Below, in pieces: positions 61,776 through 64,000 of a stretch of 64,000 nt of DNA (positions are counted from its first letter, which is position 1; every line of letters starts with the position of its first letter). The notes below the pieces were generated by a model. It had not been told where the DNA came from. It made no database searches and was given only the letters and a program-made list of their open reading frames with translations. The position numbers were made by a program, and so were the translations under genes. Source of the stretch: the human T2T-CHM13v2.0 reference genome, Homo sapiens; assembly GCF_009914755.1 (NCBI RefSeq), contig NC_060936.1. One strand, 5' to 3'.

Positions 61776-64000
61776 TTTTATCAGCAAAAAGGCTGTATTT
61801 TTTGATATTTTTTATTTGGTATTTGATATCTGTTTCACAATCCCAAACCTACTTTAAAAGGACGATTATAAAGATTACATAAGATAGCACACCATAAGTA
61901 TATTATACAGTGTCAGTCACAATCCTTTTTCTTCTCTTCATAGAAAAAATTATTAGCAGACATCAGAAATCAGTTAATTTTTGAAAACTCTCACTTCTTT
62001 ACAAATAAGACAATAAACAGGAGGCTTTTTTATTTAGAGAATGGCTGGATACCCCAGTGCCCTGGTTTTATATCTGGAATAGAACCATCTCCAAAGAGAA
62101 CACTGTACAAATGATTAGGCCTACCCTCTAAGTGGAGTTTCTACTGATTCTATGCATGATAAATAATGGTTACTCTCTTGCCTACGTAGGACAGTAAAGA
62201 AAGTGAAGGTCACTTGTACGTGTTTAAATAATAATATGACAGATATGTGTTAAGCCTTGTGTTCATAATCGAAGATATTGTATCCTGCATTGTGTAAATG
62301 AGGCCACTGAAGCATGGAGAGTTAATATATTAACCACAAAAATGTATTTTGTCTATATTTTAATATGTTATGAACCTGTTGCCCTCTTCCCCACCCATTT
62401 TGTTGACAATAAAATCTTAAATTATAGCCATCTAGACATTCTTAAACCTGGCATTTTAGACAAAAATAATTTGGGGACAGGGTATAGTTTACACTGTTTC
62501 TAACTTAGAAGTTTTATCTCTTGCATAGTAGGTACTCATGTGGTCTGATTGAGACACAAAGTATAAAAGTACCAAGGGCCAGTAGAAAGTGGAAAATGAA
62601 AGTATCATGTCCCCTTAGCAAGAGAACAGAAAGACTAGGTCAAGCATTCTCTCGTTTTCCAAAGATCATTAAAAACCCTTTTGTAATATTAAGTAGTCTA
62701 TGTGATACACAGAGTGAGCCTTAAATTAACTTTTAAAAGTTTTCTATCTTGAAATATACTTTTAAAATAAATTTTCACCTGCATAAATGTTCTCTTTGGA
62801 TTAAAGACTTAATCACCACAATTTCCAGAGATACTTTTCCTACCCTTTTGATTCCATTGTTGTTGTAATGACAGAAACTCATTAACACAGTGGGTATCAG
62901 TATTGATTATGACTTTTAGACTTTACTTTTTCCCATTATAGTTTAATTTCTGTCTAAAATAGATCATAATTCTCAATCTGCTGCTGCTTTGGAGTTTTTC
63001 TAAGATATTGGACCATTTACTCATGGTGAGATAATAGTGTTCAAATTGACACTGGCAGTCACGAGGTACCCTGGACTCTTTTCTCCTATTTGATGCTCTG
63101 TTTTGTGGAATAGAATAGTATGTGTAGCCTTCCATGCAGAATTAATCATGAAAATGAACTGCATACTGCAGGTACAATCAGCACCATCTAATTACCTCAA
63201 ACTTGCTTGTCTTATGACTTTATTTAGCTGAGCACATGCATTTGATAATAACAAGTAGGATAATTCAAAATCCTGTCAACCACAGGCAATTTAGTTATCA
63301 TAAGTGAAGTCCGGTGTGTTTTAGAGATCGTATCCATTTGACAAGCTAGCAGGTATGAACAGGAAAGGCATAAGACAGGAAATAGAGAAGTCAGAATTTG
63401 ATTTATTAATTTTTTAGGAGAAAAGCCTATCAGGCTATGTAAGTCTTTTGAGTCTTTCTTTAATGTATATATTAAATATTCAGTTAGGTCTATTGTTATA
63501 ACACCTCTAGCATCTTATGAACTATAGCGTGATAATACGTTAAGAGAGAGAGAGGTTGATTATTTTGACTACCAGGAATGTTCTTTTCTTGAAAGAATCT
63601 CTGTTGGTCAGAGTCAACAGGCACTCTTATGCCTTTTATGATTCTCCATGTGCAGGTACAACTAATGAACCTGGTAGTTCAGTACCGTAAAGCTCATGGA
63701 GAGCCCGGTGAAGGCTGAGTATAGATGAAGGTCTTGGTGCTCAGCATGGCTTGAGGGCCCTGGATTGCAACCCTTTATAGCACGTGAATGTCAAGAGATG
63801 AGTCGGGGAGGTGTGCTGTGCTGTGGATGCTCCTCCGAGCTTGAGTCAGCTGTCCATCTTGCTGGCAGTCTCTTGCAGGCTGTCACCATTTCCTCTCACT
63901 TTCTTTCTTGCTGCTTTTTCTCCTAAAATTCTGACCTGGATCTATTTACCCATGTAAATAGGCAGGGGCAAATCTGGAAGTGGGAGAGAGGCTCATCTGA

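Overview
This is human genomic DNA (it carries a human-specific AluYa5) from the middle of the neuron navigator 3 gene, NAV3, on the + strand. Four internal coding exons splice in frame: 4118-4233, 32354-32462, 33125-33508 and 41327-41446 (probably exons 9-12; the numbering is from memory). The introns are long and full of repeats: a full-length L1PA7-like element, a twin-primed L1PA2-like element, a full-length Tigger4, MaLR LTRs, about 12 Alus, and L2/MIR. The main finding sits inside the 28-kb intron. A 523-nt coding first exon (ATG 19225, donor after 19747) joins the 32354 exon in the correct phase and encodes a 174-aa N-terminus collinear with the N-terminus of the paralog NAV1. NAV3 therefore appears to keep an internal-promoter, CH-domain-less, NAV1-like short isoform. 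Other candidates are a second phase-compatible mini first exon just upstream, an L1 antisense promoter/ORF0 aimed at the 32354 exon, inverted repeats that could circularise the three downstream exons, and two unexplained local duplications. Repeat subfamily calls and paralog comparisons were made by eye against remembered consensus sequences, not by running searches.
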